DNA of 64,000 bases from an uncultured Candidatus Saccharibacteria bacterium (GTDB taxonomy: Bacteria > Patescibacteriota > Saccharimonadia > Saccharimonadales > Saccharimonadaceae), in NCBI GenBank assembly GCA_937875955.1, contig CALFHE010000016.1, positions 15,712-79,711 on the forward strand, in the 5' to 3' direction. Shown one piece after another: positions 45,006-53,712 of this stretch (positions within the stretch are counted from its first letter, which is position 1; the number at the start of each line of letters is the position of its first letter). The notes below the pieces were generated by a model. The model was not told the DNA's origin, did not search any database, and saw nothing but the letters and a program-made list of their open reading frames with translations. Made by a program: the position numbers and the translations under genes.

Positions 45006-47519
45006 TTAAACCTGAGCGGCGTCGAATTCTTCCGCAGCCATCGCGGCAATTTCCTCAATAATCGGCGCAATATCTCTGTCTTCCAGCGTCTGCTCGGCGC
45101 TCGTAAACTTTACATTCAAAGTTACAGTTTTTGTCGAATCGTCATTTTTTGGCTGATATATCGCAATTGGCGTTATGTCAATTTGTAGCTCACCGTGTTT
45201 TCTCGCAACTTCTTCAGCGCAAACATAAACCTTCGCATAATCAACACTCGAATCCATTTTCAATGAAATATCTCTGGCAGTCGACGGGAATCGACTTAAC
45301 GGCTGGTAATTATAGCCCTGATTTTTACTCAGATTTTCCTGCAATTTTTCAATGTCAATAGAAAACGCCGCGGTGTAATCTGGCAATTTGAAGTTGCGTC
45401 GGGCAGGCTGGACCAGCTCGCCAACAATTCCCAAATTGTCGCCATTCTTCGTCACAATCCAAGCGCTGCGTTTCGCATCAAATGGCGCTGGGACGTCACT
45501 GTCAGATTCTGCAATCTTCACAAAATTAACCTCAATACTCAAATCCTTCATCAGCCTTTCAGCAATTTTCCTCACCTTGTAAAACGGCGCGCCAGCTTGA
45601 GGTTTTTTATTCGCATAAACTCCGTCAATAAAGGCCTTTTCAATCGGCAAATTCTCATCGTTAAATCCTAATTTCTTATCGTGAATTTTGCCAATTTCAA
45701 ACAGCATAAATTCGTCATGTCCAGATTTTATATTGGCATGAACTTTATCCAGCAAACTAGGCAAAATGCTAATTCGGTAATATTGCAAGTCTGGACTAAG
45801 CGCATTACTCAAGCGATACGCACGACTCGGGTCTTGGTCGGAATTTTTCAAAACGCGCTCATGAACAAAGCTATACGTCAAAACTTCGTTCGCTCCAGCT
45901 CGCGACAAACTTTGACGAATTCTCTGTTTCAATTCACGACGCTCATTCTTCAAAGCAGGCTTGATGCTTCGCTCTGGCAAATGACGCGGCAATCTATCAA
46001 AGCCATATAATCGCCCAACTTCCTCAACGATATCCTCAGGAAGCTCAATATCTGTTCGCCAAAATGGACTGTAAACCATCACGCCAGCTTCGCCATATTT
46101 ATTACCATCGTCAACGATAAATTCAACATTCTTTAGTAGTGCCTCAATCTCATCCTCGGCAAAGTCAACACCCAGACGTTCTTCGACAAACCTTTTAGGA
46201 ATCAACAATCCACCGTGCCAGTGCTTACCATCGACCAACACTTGTCGCAATGAAGAATGATTCTTAAATAGCATAGGACTAGCTTGCTCACCACCAACCA
46301 TACCAATTAACCATTTTAAGACAGGGTCAATTTGTGCTGGCGACTGTCCCTTATTGAAACGGGTCAGCGCATCTGTAAAAATCCCGTGGCGCATAGCCGT
46401 ACGTCGCAGTGCGTACATATCAAAATTGGCACATTCAAGGACAATATTCTTCGTTTCAGCCGAAACTTCCGTATCAGCGCCGCCCATAATTCCAGCTAGC
46501 CCAATCACACCTTCGCCATCAGCGATCACAATATCGTCAGCCGTCAATTCATATTCCTTGCCGTTAAGCAAACCAACTTTCTCTCCATCGTGTGCCATTC
46601 GCACGCCAAGTTTATGCCCGCGCAACTTGTCGTAATCATAAGCATGAGTTGGCTGCGCCGTCATAAACATCACGTAGTTTGTCGCGTCAACGATGTTATT
46701 GATAGGCTTTCCGCCCATTGCAACTAATTGACATTGCAGCCACAACGGGCTTGAATAAATATCTACATTTTTTATAGCAATCGCAGAGAATGCGGGTGCA
46801 AGCTCATTAGCTTCATTAAACACTTCAAGCTCTAAGCCATCGCTATCTGCGAATTCTTGAATAGCATTATACCAGTCAGGACTATTAAACTGCTGATGAA
46901 AAATGCCAGCAATTTCGCGCGCCACGCCGAGTTGCCCAAAACAATCCGGTCTGTGTGTAAACATCTTATTTTCAATTTCCAGCACGTAATCATCCAGCCC
47001 AAACACTTCCGCAAAACTTGCGCCAGCCTGAAGTGTAACGCCAGCCGGAATATCACGCTCATTGATCTCGATAATTCCCTCATGATCCGTACCAATCGCC
47101 AACTCGTCAGCCGCCGCCAGCATACCCTGACTTAAGATTCCACGCAGCGGTCGCGCATCCAGCACGAACGGCTCGGCGTCATCAAAACTTGCTGGGACGG
47201 TGCTTTTTGGCGGCAACCAAATTGCCCACATATCAGCATGAACATTCGGCGCACCGCAAACCACTTGCACATAACCATTGTCATCCCTTGGAACGTCCGC
47301 TACACCACCATCGTCAATTTTAGCTACACTCAAACGATCCGCATTCGGGTGCTTTTCACACTCAACAACCCGCACAATGCGCGCGCCACCATATTTGGCC
47401 TTCAGGTCAATCACTTCCTCGACACCACCAAGTTGCTGATTGACACACGACACCAGCTCACCAACTGGCGGCAACTCAAAATTAATCAATTGTTTTATAA
47501 GATTTAAGCTAACTTTCAT
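45006..47519 (-). CDS. pheT: Phenylalanine--tRNA ligase beta subunit
   Basis: An N-terminal tRNA-binding OB domain (HPNADRL), B3/4, B5 and C-terminal anticodon-binding regions. Confidence 0.95.
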   Translation of the reverse strand: MKVSLNLIKQLINFELPPVGELVSCVNQQLGGVEEVIDLKAKYGGARIVRVVECEKHPNADRLSVAKIDDGGVADVPRDDNGYVQVVCGAPNVHADMWAIWLPPKSTVPASFDDAEPFVLDARPLRGILSQGMLAAADELAIGTDHEGIIEINERDIPAGVTLQAGASFAEVFGLDDYVLEIENKMFTHRPDCFGQLGVAREIAGIFHQQFNSPDWYNAIQEFADSDGLELEVFNEANELAPAFSAIAIKNVDIYSSPLWLQCQLVAMGGKPINNIVDATNYVMFMTAQPTHAYDYDKLRGHKLGVRMAHDGEKVGLLNGKEYELTADDIVIADGEGVIGLAGIMGGADTEVSAETKNIVLECANFDMYALRRTAMRHGIFTDALTRFNKGQSPAQIDPVLKWLIGMVGGEQASPMLFKNHSSLRQVLVDGKHWHGGLLIPKRFVEERLGVDFAEDEIEALLKNVEFIVDDGNKYGEAGVMVYSPFWRTDIELPEDIVEEVGRLYGFDRLPRHLPERSIKPALKNERRELKQRIRQSLSRAGANEVLTYSFVHERVLKNSDQDPSRAYRLSNALSPDLQYYRISILPSLLDKVHANIKSGHDEFMLFEIGKIHDKKLGFNDENLPIEKAFIDGVYANKKPQAGAPFYKVRKIAERLMKDLSIEVNFVKIAESDSDVPAPFDAKRSAWIVTKNGDNLGIVGELVQPARRNFKLPDYTAAFSIDIEKLQENLSKNQGYNYQPLSRFPSTARDISLKMDSSVDYAKVYVCAEEVARKHGELQIDITPIAIYQPKNDDSTKTVTLNVKFTSAEQTLEDRDIAPIIEEIAAMAAEEFDAAQV

Positions 47520-47521
47520 AC

Positions 47522-47537
47522 TGATATAATTATATCA
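47522..47537. promoter_or_regulatory. 16-nt perfect palindrome reading TGATATAAT on both strands (putative divergent -10 elements)
   Basis: TGATATAATTATATCA lies immediately upstream of the pheT start. Confidence 0.45.
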
Positions 47538-47697
47538 TTTTACTGGCAAGTAATCGACCTTAGAAAACTACAAATAACAAAGGTAAAATTGCTCTAGGGC
47601 AAAATACAGCCATCCTTGAACAAGCGGGAGATAATCCTCAAAGGCACTCCTCTCTTCAGACTTGGAGAAGGGTCATCCCCTGAATTATAATATAGCT

Positions 47698-47973
47698 ATG
47701 GATTACGATAGATATCTAGAATTACAAACTCGCCTAGAATGGTTTTACGATTTTCATCCAGAGTTTTTTAATAATATTTCACCCGAACAGAAGAAACTGC
47801 TACAGAATACATTCCTGTACAATATGCCCGACGAACACTATCCGAAGTCACTGCGGGATTTTTACGATAAAAATATCGACAACCAACCAGCAATTCAGAA
47901 TGATATGCTCTTAGCGATAGATGCTTTATATAAGGCGGCGGGAGCTGGAAGCTTGTTTAGCTATGATGAATGA
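47698..47973 (+). CDS. AT-rich orphan protein (91 aa)
   Basis: TATAAT at 47686-47691, then 6 nt, then ATG at 47698. No motif recognised. Confidence 0.5.
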   Translation: MDYDRYLELQTRLEWFYDFHPEFFNNISPEQKKLLQNTFLYNMPDEHYPKSLRDFYDKNIDNQPAIQNDMLLAIDALYKAAGAGSLFSYDE

Positions 47974-48044
47974 TTTTTCTTCATATGAACACGCCACCAA
48001 GCTTATAAGATTTAGGATAACTCCCATGCTGATATAATAAACCC

Positions 48045-48353
48045 ATGATCCACAACTTGTATTCAGCATATTCTTTACCAGCAAACCACGATACATGTCA
48101 CCTGTTTGAGCATCTGATTATTAGGCGGTTCTTAAAAGAAACGGAAAAAGTTGGCAGTAACCGAGCTTTCGTTGGAAAATTGGATGGCACGACTAGTGAA
48201 TCAAGCGTATTTTTTACGTCCGCACTATTCACAAGCGAGTCTAATACATTATTTGAAGAAATCATCAACGATGTTACGCCTTTTGAGAAGCCTCTTATTC
48301 AACAGTCCATCTCACACCTAGAAGCCGAGAGATGCAGTCCAACATTGATATAG
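48045..48353 (+). CDS. AT-rich orphan protein with an HxxEH motif (102 aa)
   Basis: TATAAT at 48033-48038, then 6 nt, then ATG. CHLFEHLI resembles the inverted zinc motif of M16 peptidases. It overlaps the next ORF. Confidence 0.45.
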   Translation: MIHNLYSAYSLPANHDTCHLFEHLIIRRFLKETEKVGSNRAFVGKLDGTTSESSVFFTSALFTSESNTLFEEIINDVTPFEKPLIQQSISHLEAERCSPTLI

Positions 48354-48946
48354 CAGACATGACGCTACTACAAGAACAGCTCGCTCTTTGTCAAAAATAT
48401 TTTATCGATAGTCAAAAAACCACTCCCAGCAATTCACACCCAAAATCTAAGATTTCTCCTCTTAAAATAAGCCATAGTCCGAAGGATTTTACAGACGTTA
48501 AGATTGATATAGAAATTGCTGACGCCAGCGATGAATTGACTGCCGCATTTTTCTGCACATACCCAATACTTTTAGATCTAGTGCGCGACATTTGTTTTGA
48601 TAAAATCTCATCCTACCCGTCCAGCCCCGGAAAGTTTATAGCGTACTATGACGGCAATTACATCAGCCAAACCTACACCGTAAAAAATACAGACCTTGCT
48701 CGACTGAGCTCAAGTGAAACTATACAAACATATTTACAAAACTTTAACATATCCTCGCACGCAACCGACCTAAGAAATCTTGCCGAAGCTTTCACGTCTG
48801 ACCCATTTTATATTTCAGTGCCCATATATTTTTATCAACAAACCGCTACGCCACTATCCAGAAATGGTCTAGCGAAAACTATAAACGTCGCAAATATGAA
48901 CGCAATCCTAAAACAAGTAAAGGTGACAATAATCCTGGATTATTAG
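48332..48946 (+). CDS. AT-rich orphan protein (204 aa), possibly the continuation of the preceding ORF
   Basis: It overlaps 48045..48353 by 22 nt in a different frame. Both frames are open over about 65 nt. Confidence 0.45.
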   Translation: MQSNIDIADMTLLQEQLALCQKYFIDSQKTTPSNSHPKSKISPLKISHSPKDFTDVKIDIEIADASDELTAAFFCTYPILLDLVRDICFDKISSYPSSPGKFIAYYDGNYISQTYTVKNTDLARLSSSETIQTYLQNFNISSHATDLRNLAEAFTSDPFYISVPIYFYQQTATPLSRNGLAKTINVANMNAILKQVKVTIILDY

Positions 48947-49015
48947 TCCTAACTAATTTTCTAGCAGAAAGAAAAGATTCTGAAGAGGAAATATTAACGC
49001 CACCAATACGCAAGC

Positions 49016-49357
49016 TTATTGACAAACCCTAAACTCAATACCAATCACGCCATAAATCTTTTGGTCTTCAATAGAATAAAATTCAGAAATTTGATTTTCT
49101 AACCATTCGACATTATCACCGCCGAACTTTCGCGGATTATTGTGAGAAAATAAGTCACGAAATGTCGCGCATCTAAGCAAACCAACAACCTCAGCAGTAA
49201 CAGTTTGCTCGGAATTATCTCTATTTGTAAAAATAATCCGATCCCCGATCTGGATTTTCTGTCGTTTGGCGTCATATAGTCGCGACTCGATAGTCTTATT
49301 GCCAGAAATAATAGCGTTAAACGGCTCAGTCGCCAATTTTAATTGGTGTGTGGTCAT
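49016..49357 (-). CDS. ASCH-domain (PUA-like) protein
   Basis: MTTHQLKLATEPFNAIISGNKTIESRLYD is a typical ASCH N-terminus. I preferred the start at 49357. Confidence 0.65.
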   Translation of the reverse strand: MTTHQLKLATEPFNAIISGNKTIESRLYDAKRQKIQIGDRIIFTNRDNSEQTVTAEVVGLLRCATFRDLFSHNNPRKFGGDNVEWLENQISEFYSIEDQKIYGVIGIEFRVCQ

Positions 49358-49442
49358 AAAATTATTTGCCTTTCTTGCTATAATTAAACCATCATATAAA
49401 TAAATATTCAAATATCTGCACTTCCATAAGAAAGGCTATCAA

Positions 49443-50009
49443 ATGACCAAAAAATTACTAGAAATCGAACGCAAGCGCCAGCTAACGGGCAATATTGAAG
49501 AGCTAATCGGGCGACTGCAAAACATCGGTTTTGAGCTAAAGAGTAATCTACGCGAAATTGATACGTATTATTCTCGTCCTGATATCGACTTTATGCAGAC
49601 GGTTGAATGCTTGCGGATTCGCCAGCGTGATAGTTTTGCTGAGGTAACATATAAGCCAGCAACGACTGCTGCAACACATACAGAAAATAATGTAATCATT
49701 AAGCCCGAGACAAACCTGCCAATTCAACCCGAAGATACAGCAACCGCCAAGCAGCTACTGACAAGCCTCGGTATGGTGCAACTGGTCGAGGTCAACAAAT
49801 ACCGTCGCTCGTTTCAGTCCTCTGACTTTCCGCAAGCAACGGTAGCCATCGATGAAATCAAAGACGCTGGGACTTTCGTGGAAGTTGAGGTTTTGTCGAA
49901 TGACGAGGCCAGTGCGCTGATGACGATTAGTGAAATTGAAACCAAACTCGGTCTGGATTCAATGGAAATTGTGACGCGACCTTATAGAGACATTTGTATG
50001 GACTATTAA
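49443..50009 (+). CDS. CYTH-domain protein (CyaB/ThTPase-type triphosphate tunnel metalloenzyme)
   Basis: An N-terminal EIERK (ExExK) motif with matching size and acidic/basic strand pattern. Confidence 0.7.
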   Translation: MTKKLLEIERKRQLTGNIEELIGRLQNIGFELKSNLREIDTYYSRPDIDFMQTVECLRIRQRDSFAEVTYKPATTAATHTENNVIIKPETNLPIQPEDTATAKQLLTSLGMVQLVEVNKYRRSFQSSDFPQATVAIDEIKDAGTFVEVEVLSNDEASALMTISEIETKLGLDSMEIVTRPYRDICMDY

Positions 50010-50049
50010 GAAGATCGCCACAAAACTTCACAACTCCACTCGCAACCAA

Positions 50050-50055
50050 TATAAT
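50050..50055 (+). promoter_or_regulatory. -10 box placed 6 nt before the hydrolase ATG; leaderless signature
   Basis: TATAAT at 50050-50055 and ATG at 50062. Confidence 0.45.
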
Positions 50056-50061
50056 ACATTC

Positions 50062-51057
50062 ATGAATACTTCACGAAAAAATCGCATCATAAAAATTACT
50101 ATTTGGGCAGTCTGCTCAATTATCGTTATAACTGCTTTATTAGTCGCCGCAGCTTTCTTTTGGCCAGCAGCATCCAAGCAATTGCAATCTTCAAGCTCTG
50201 AAAAATTAAGCTATAACGACGCCATCGCCGCTGCAAATCGTACTGTTAGTGAAGACACTTCAAATACCGACGTTAGACCAGAATGTCGATCGATTATTAA
50301 AACCCACGGCAAAAGAACCACCAAAGCCGTTATGATGATTCATGGCGTAAGCGCATGCCCACAACAATTCGCAGACTTGGGCAATACCTTTTTCAATGCC
50401 GGCTATAACGTCTATATTCCCCGCGTTCCCAGCCACGGTCTGACAGACAACAAACGACACGGAGAAATTACCATTCCAGCAATGGCACAATTTATGAACT
50501 CCAGCACCAGCATAATTAGCGGTTTGGGTGATGAAACGGGAATTGTCGGACTTTCTGGCGGCGCAAATATGGCGACCTGGATTACGCAATATAACAGCCA
50601 AACCATATCACGAGCGCTACTTCTATCACCTTTTTATCAGCCTTCAGCGTCAGAAACCCCTTCCTGGAAAATTCCGCTTTTACGAAATCTTTACGGACGA
50701 AATATTCTTCCAGATTCGTTCACGGGTAGCAATTTGTCATATCGCGCTCTTGGAAAATATATAATAATCGCCAAGAACTATAAATCTGACCTAAAAGCTC
50801 CAGGACTAAAATACGTCGGGGTTGTAACGAGCGAAAACGATACCGCAATTGATAAAAATCTCGCGGTCAACATACCTAAGCAAATGGCTGCAGCTTCTGG
50901 CGCCAAATTCCAATATTATTCAATTCCGGCCTCATTTGGCATCGGTCACGACATTGTAGCCTTAAACCAAGACGAGGTTAAAAAGCACGCTGACAAATTA
51001 TATCCGTTCTATTTGGATATGTACGAAGGAAAAGACTTAAAATTAGAATCAAAATAG
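50062..51057 (+). CDS. Membrane-anchored alpha/beta hydrolase
   Basis: An N-terminal TM helix, the GLSGGA nucleophile elbow, and a late His (GIGHD). Confidence 0.7.
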   Translation: MNTSRKNRIIKITIWAVCSIIVITALLVAAAFFWPAASKQLQSSSSEKLSYNDAIAAANRTVSEDTSNTDVRPECRSIIKTHGKRTTKAVMMIHGVSACPQQFADLGNTFFNAGYNVYIPRVPSHGLTDNKRHGEITIPAMAQFMNSSTSIISGLGDETGIVGLSGGANMATWITQYNSQTISRALLLSPFYQPSASETPSWKIPLLRNLYGRNILPDSFTGSNLSYRALGKYIIIAKNYKSDLKAPGLKYVGVVTSENDTAIDKNLAVNIPKQMAAASGAKFQYYSIPASFGIGHDIVALNQDEVKKHADKLYPFYLDMYEGKDLKLESK

Positions 51058-51064
51058 AAAATTA

Positions 51065-51526
51065 CTATTTATCTTGGGCGGCCAAAATTCGCGCTTGGAT
51101 TTCGTCCAGCTGTGCGTCGTCCATTTTCGGACCGTCAGCCGTAGTTAGCCAGCCAGGATATTCCTCATAAAACGCTTGCTCGTGCGACACTGGCGAACCA
51201 ATTCCCTTTGCCAAATCGCCATGAAGCGGCATCAATTTGGCGTGCACGTGTGCTACGCCTGTGCCTTCAAAAATCAGCGCTACTCGCGGCGTGTCAAATG
51301 CTTTTTCCAAAATACCAGCAACCTTTTTCACTGCCAGCATCATTTCAGAATATAAATTATCGTCCAAAGAAAATACGTAATCACCCGGATTCTGTTTCGG
51401 AATCACCACAGTAAAACCTGGCGTATTCGGAAACGGTGTTAAAAATGCTAGGAATTTCTCATCTTCCCAAATCTTCCAAGATTTCATTTTTCCAGATACG
51501 ATGTCGTCAAAAATTGTGTGATTCAT
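51065..51526 (-). CDS. HIT-family protein
   Basis: A HIT-like fold signature including GVAHVHAKLMP. The start MNHTIFDD is preceded by AAAGGAG. Confidence 0.7.
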   Translation of the reverse strand: MNHTIFDDIVSGKMKSWKIWEDEKFLAFLTPFPNTPGFTVVIPKQNPGDYVFSLDDNLYSEMMLAVKKVAGILEKAFDTPRVALIFEGTGVAHVHAKLMPLHGDLAKGIGSPVSHEQAFYEEYPGWLTTADGPKMDDAQLDEIQARILAAQDK

Positions 51527-51536
51527 AATTACTCCT

Positions 51537-52859
51537 TTATGCAAATAAATCGTTTAATGCCTCACTCACCGTTGGATGAGTGAATATTTGGTCACGCAGC
51601 ACAGTATATGGCAGGCCATTATCCATTACAGTTTTGATAATATTAATGACTTCTGGTGAGTTACGACACAATAAACTAGCACCCAAAATTTGTTCAGTGT
51701 TTGCATCAATCACCGCACGCAGCAATCCTGTTGTAGCATTATCAACATGCAGGCGTGGAATCGCCATAGCAGGCAGCTCTTTTACGATAATTTCGCACCC
51801 CGTCGCACGCGCCTCAGCCTCTGTCATACCCACCCGACCTAGCGGCGTTTGCATAAAGACCGTGTACGGCAAGGTTTTTTGTTTGGCGCGAGTGTACAGA
51901 CCGTCACCCAGCAACTGGCTTCTCACAATCCGAAAATCGTCCAGCGACGCATAGGTAAATTGTGGCCCACCCGTTACATCGCCCATTGCCCAAATATGCG
52001 ACCGACTAGTACGAAGTGTTTCATCAACCACAATTGCCCCGCGCTCATCCGTCGCTACACCAGCAGCTGGTAAATTCAAGCTCATCGTTGCCGGGCGACG
52101 GCCCGTAGCCATCAAAACCGCATCATAACCAGCGTAATCATCATGATTTACTGTGCGAATCGTCGCAGTAGACTCACCCTCAATCGCTGTCACATCCACA
52201 CTAAACACAATCTCAATACCCTGTGCCTGCAATGCTTCAGTAGCAGCCCGAGCAATTGCTGGATCTTCACGTGCAAGCAGAGCATCGCCCCTCTCAAATA
52301 CTGTTACTTTTGTACCAAGTTTGGCATAAGTTGAGGCAAATTCTAACCCAATATAACCGCCACCAATGATAGCTAGCTGTTTTGGCTGCGTCATTCTATC
52401 CAGCAATTCAGTACTGGTATACACAAACGGCTTATCAACACCTGGAATATCTGGGATGATTGATTCCGCACCGGTGTTAATAAAAATCTGCGGTGCACTA
52501 ACTACTAGCTCGTCGCTACCCGCCACAACCTTCACAGTACGATCATCTACGAACGATGCCTCACCCTCAATGACGCTCACTGTTTCACGATCCGCAAGCA
52601 TATGATAGTTCTTCTCATTCAACCGCGCTACCACTGTTGTCTTATGTGCCATCGCCTCATCAAAACTTTGATGATGTTCGGCTGCATTGACTAGCACCTT
52701 AGTAGGAATACAAGCAATATTAATACAGGTGCCGCCATACATCTTTGGCGACCGCTCCACTAGCGCTACCTTTTTTTCCGCATTTGCCAGCGCTACCGCC
52801 AATGTTTTGCCAGCTTTGCCAAAACCAATGATGAGTGCGTCAAATTGTTGTGTATCCAT
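51537..52859 (-). CDS. Class I FAD-dependent pyridine nucleotide-disulfide oxidoreductase
   Basis: GFGKAGK dinucleotide site, GGTCINIACIPTK redox-active CxxxxC, and a C-terminal dimerisation domain (HPTVSE). The start at 52859 follows GGAGGAGG. Confidence 0.8.
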   Translation of the reverse strand: MDTQQFDALIIGFGKAGKTLAVALANAEKKVALVERSPKMYGGTCINIACIPTKVLVNAAEHHQSFDEAMAHKTTVVARLNEKNYHMLADRETVSVIEGEASFVDDRTVKVVAGSDELVVSAPQIFINTGAESIIPDIPGVDKPFVYTSTELLDRMTQPKQLAIIGGGYIGLEFASTYAKLGTKVTVFERGDALLAREDPAIARAATEALQAQGIEIVFSVDVTAIEGESTATIRTVNHDDYAGYDAVLMATGRRPATMSLNLPAAGVATDERGAIVVDETLRTSRSHIWAMGDVTGGPQFTYASLDDFRIVRSQLLGDGLYTRAKQKTLPYTVFMQTPLGRVGMTEAEARATGCEIIVKELPAMAIPRLHVDNATTGLLRAVIDANTEQILGASLLCRNSPEVINIIKTVMDNGLPYTVLRDQIFTHPTVSEALNDLFA

Positions 52860-52981
52860 TTTACCTCCTCCTATCTTTTTTAGCGATCTCTCTCGCTGCA
52901 ACAAATTCTCTATCGGCACACAGAACTACCTATTTTATTACAAGTTTTTGAGCTACTACTATTATCATGTGTAATAGCTCC

Positions 52982-53057
52982 TTAAAACTGTTCCAAAAAA
53001 TCCAACTTACCGCTATACGATGTTGTCAAAAATTGTGTGATTCATAATTACTCCTTT
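52982..53057 (-). pseudogene. Fossil junction: relic pheS 3' end (stop plus 10 codons) joined to a relic HIT-gene 5' end (RBS plus 10 codons)
   Basis: 52982-53014 aligns to 53713-53745 with 5 differences, all silent. 53015-53057 aligns to 51496-51538 with 1 difference. Confidence 0.85.
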
Positions 53058-53075
53058 TGAAGTAATTATAGCATT

Positions 53076-53708
53076 TTACGAAGTTTTCAGGTCGGACAAT
53101 TTAAGTTCCATCCTACGGCAAATCAGAACTAGCCATATCGTCGCAAAAATCCCCAATAAAACTTCTACTATCACAAACCAAAACTTGCCCATAGCGTAAC
53201 CTTGCGCCGCTATAATTGTCGCAAAAATCGGAAAACTGAAAGATGAGATTCGCTCGCGATGAGTTAAATAGCTCAAACTTGACGGTAAAAGAAACATCAA
53301 AAGCACCATCAATATCACGATGCCGCGCGAGAAAATAAAATGAGCCGCGTGCATTGTGTCGTTCGGGCAAAGCGCCACTCCTATCATACAAATCGCAAAC
53401 AATGAAAGTATCCAGCCAGATATCCGAGCAGAGCGAATTTGACCAAGCTTAAGATAACCGTGATTCATAAAAAATCCAATCGTTGCCATAATCAAACCAG
53501 ATAAAAACACTCCCGAATTGAACGAAAATGCAGACAAACGATTCGAGGTGGTTTCACCCAATCTGCTCAAGCTCCAGTTCGTCCACCGAGTATCATCAGA
53601 AAGCAGCATCGCCACAACCAAGCCCACAGCCAAAACGACACCATTAAGAATACAGAGCGCCTGAAGGCGATTCTTGTATAAAAAATCCTTAATCTGTCGA
53701 AGTTTCAT
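53076..53708 (-). CDS. Polytopic membrane protein (unknown function)
   Basis: About six TM helices. I preferred the start MKLRQIKDF at 53708, 4 nt after the pheS stop, over the upstream start that overlaps pheS. Confidence 0.6.
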   Translation of the reverse strand: MKLRQIKDFLYKNRLQALCILNGVVLAVGLVVAMLLSDDTRWTNWSLSRLGETTSNRLSAFSFNSGVFLSGLIMATIGFFMNHGYLKLGQIRSARISGWILSLFAICMIGVALCPNDTMHAAHFIFSRGIVILMVLLMFLLPSSLSYLTHRERISSFSFPIFATIIAAQGYAMGKFWFVIVEVLLGIFATIWLVLICRRMELKLSDLKTS

Positions 53709-53712
53709 ATTG

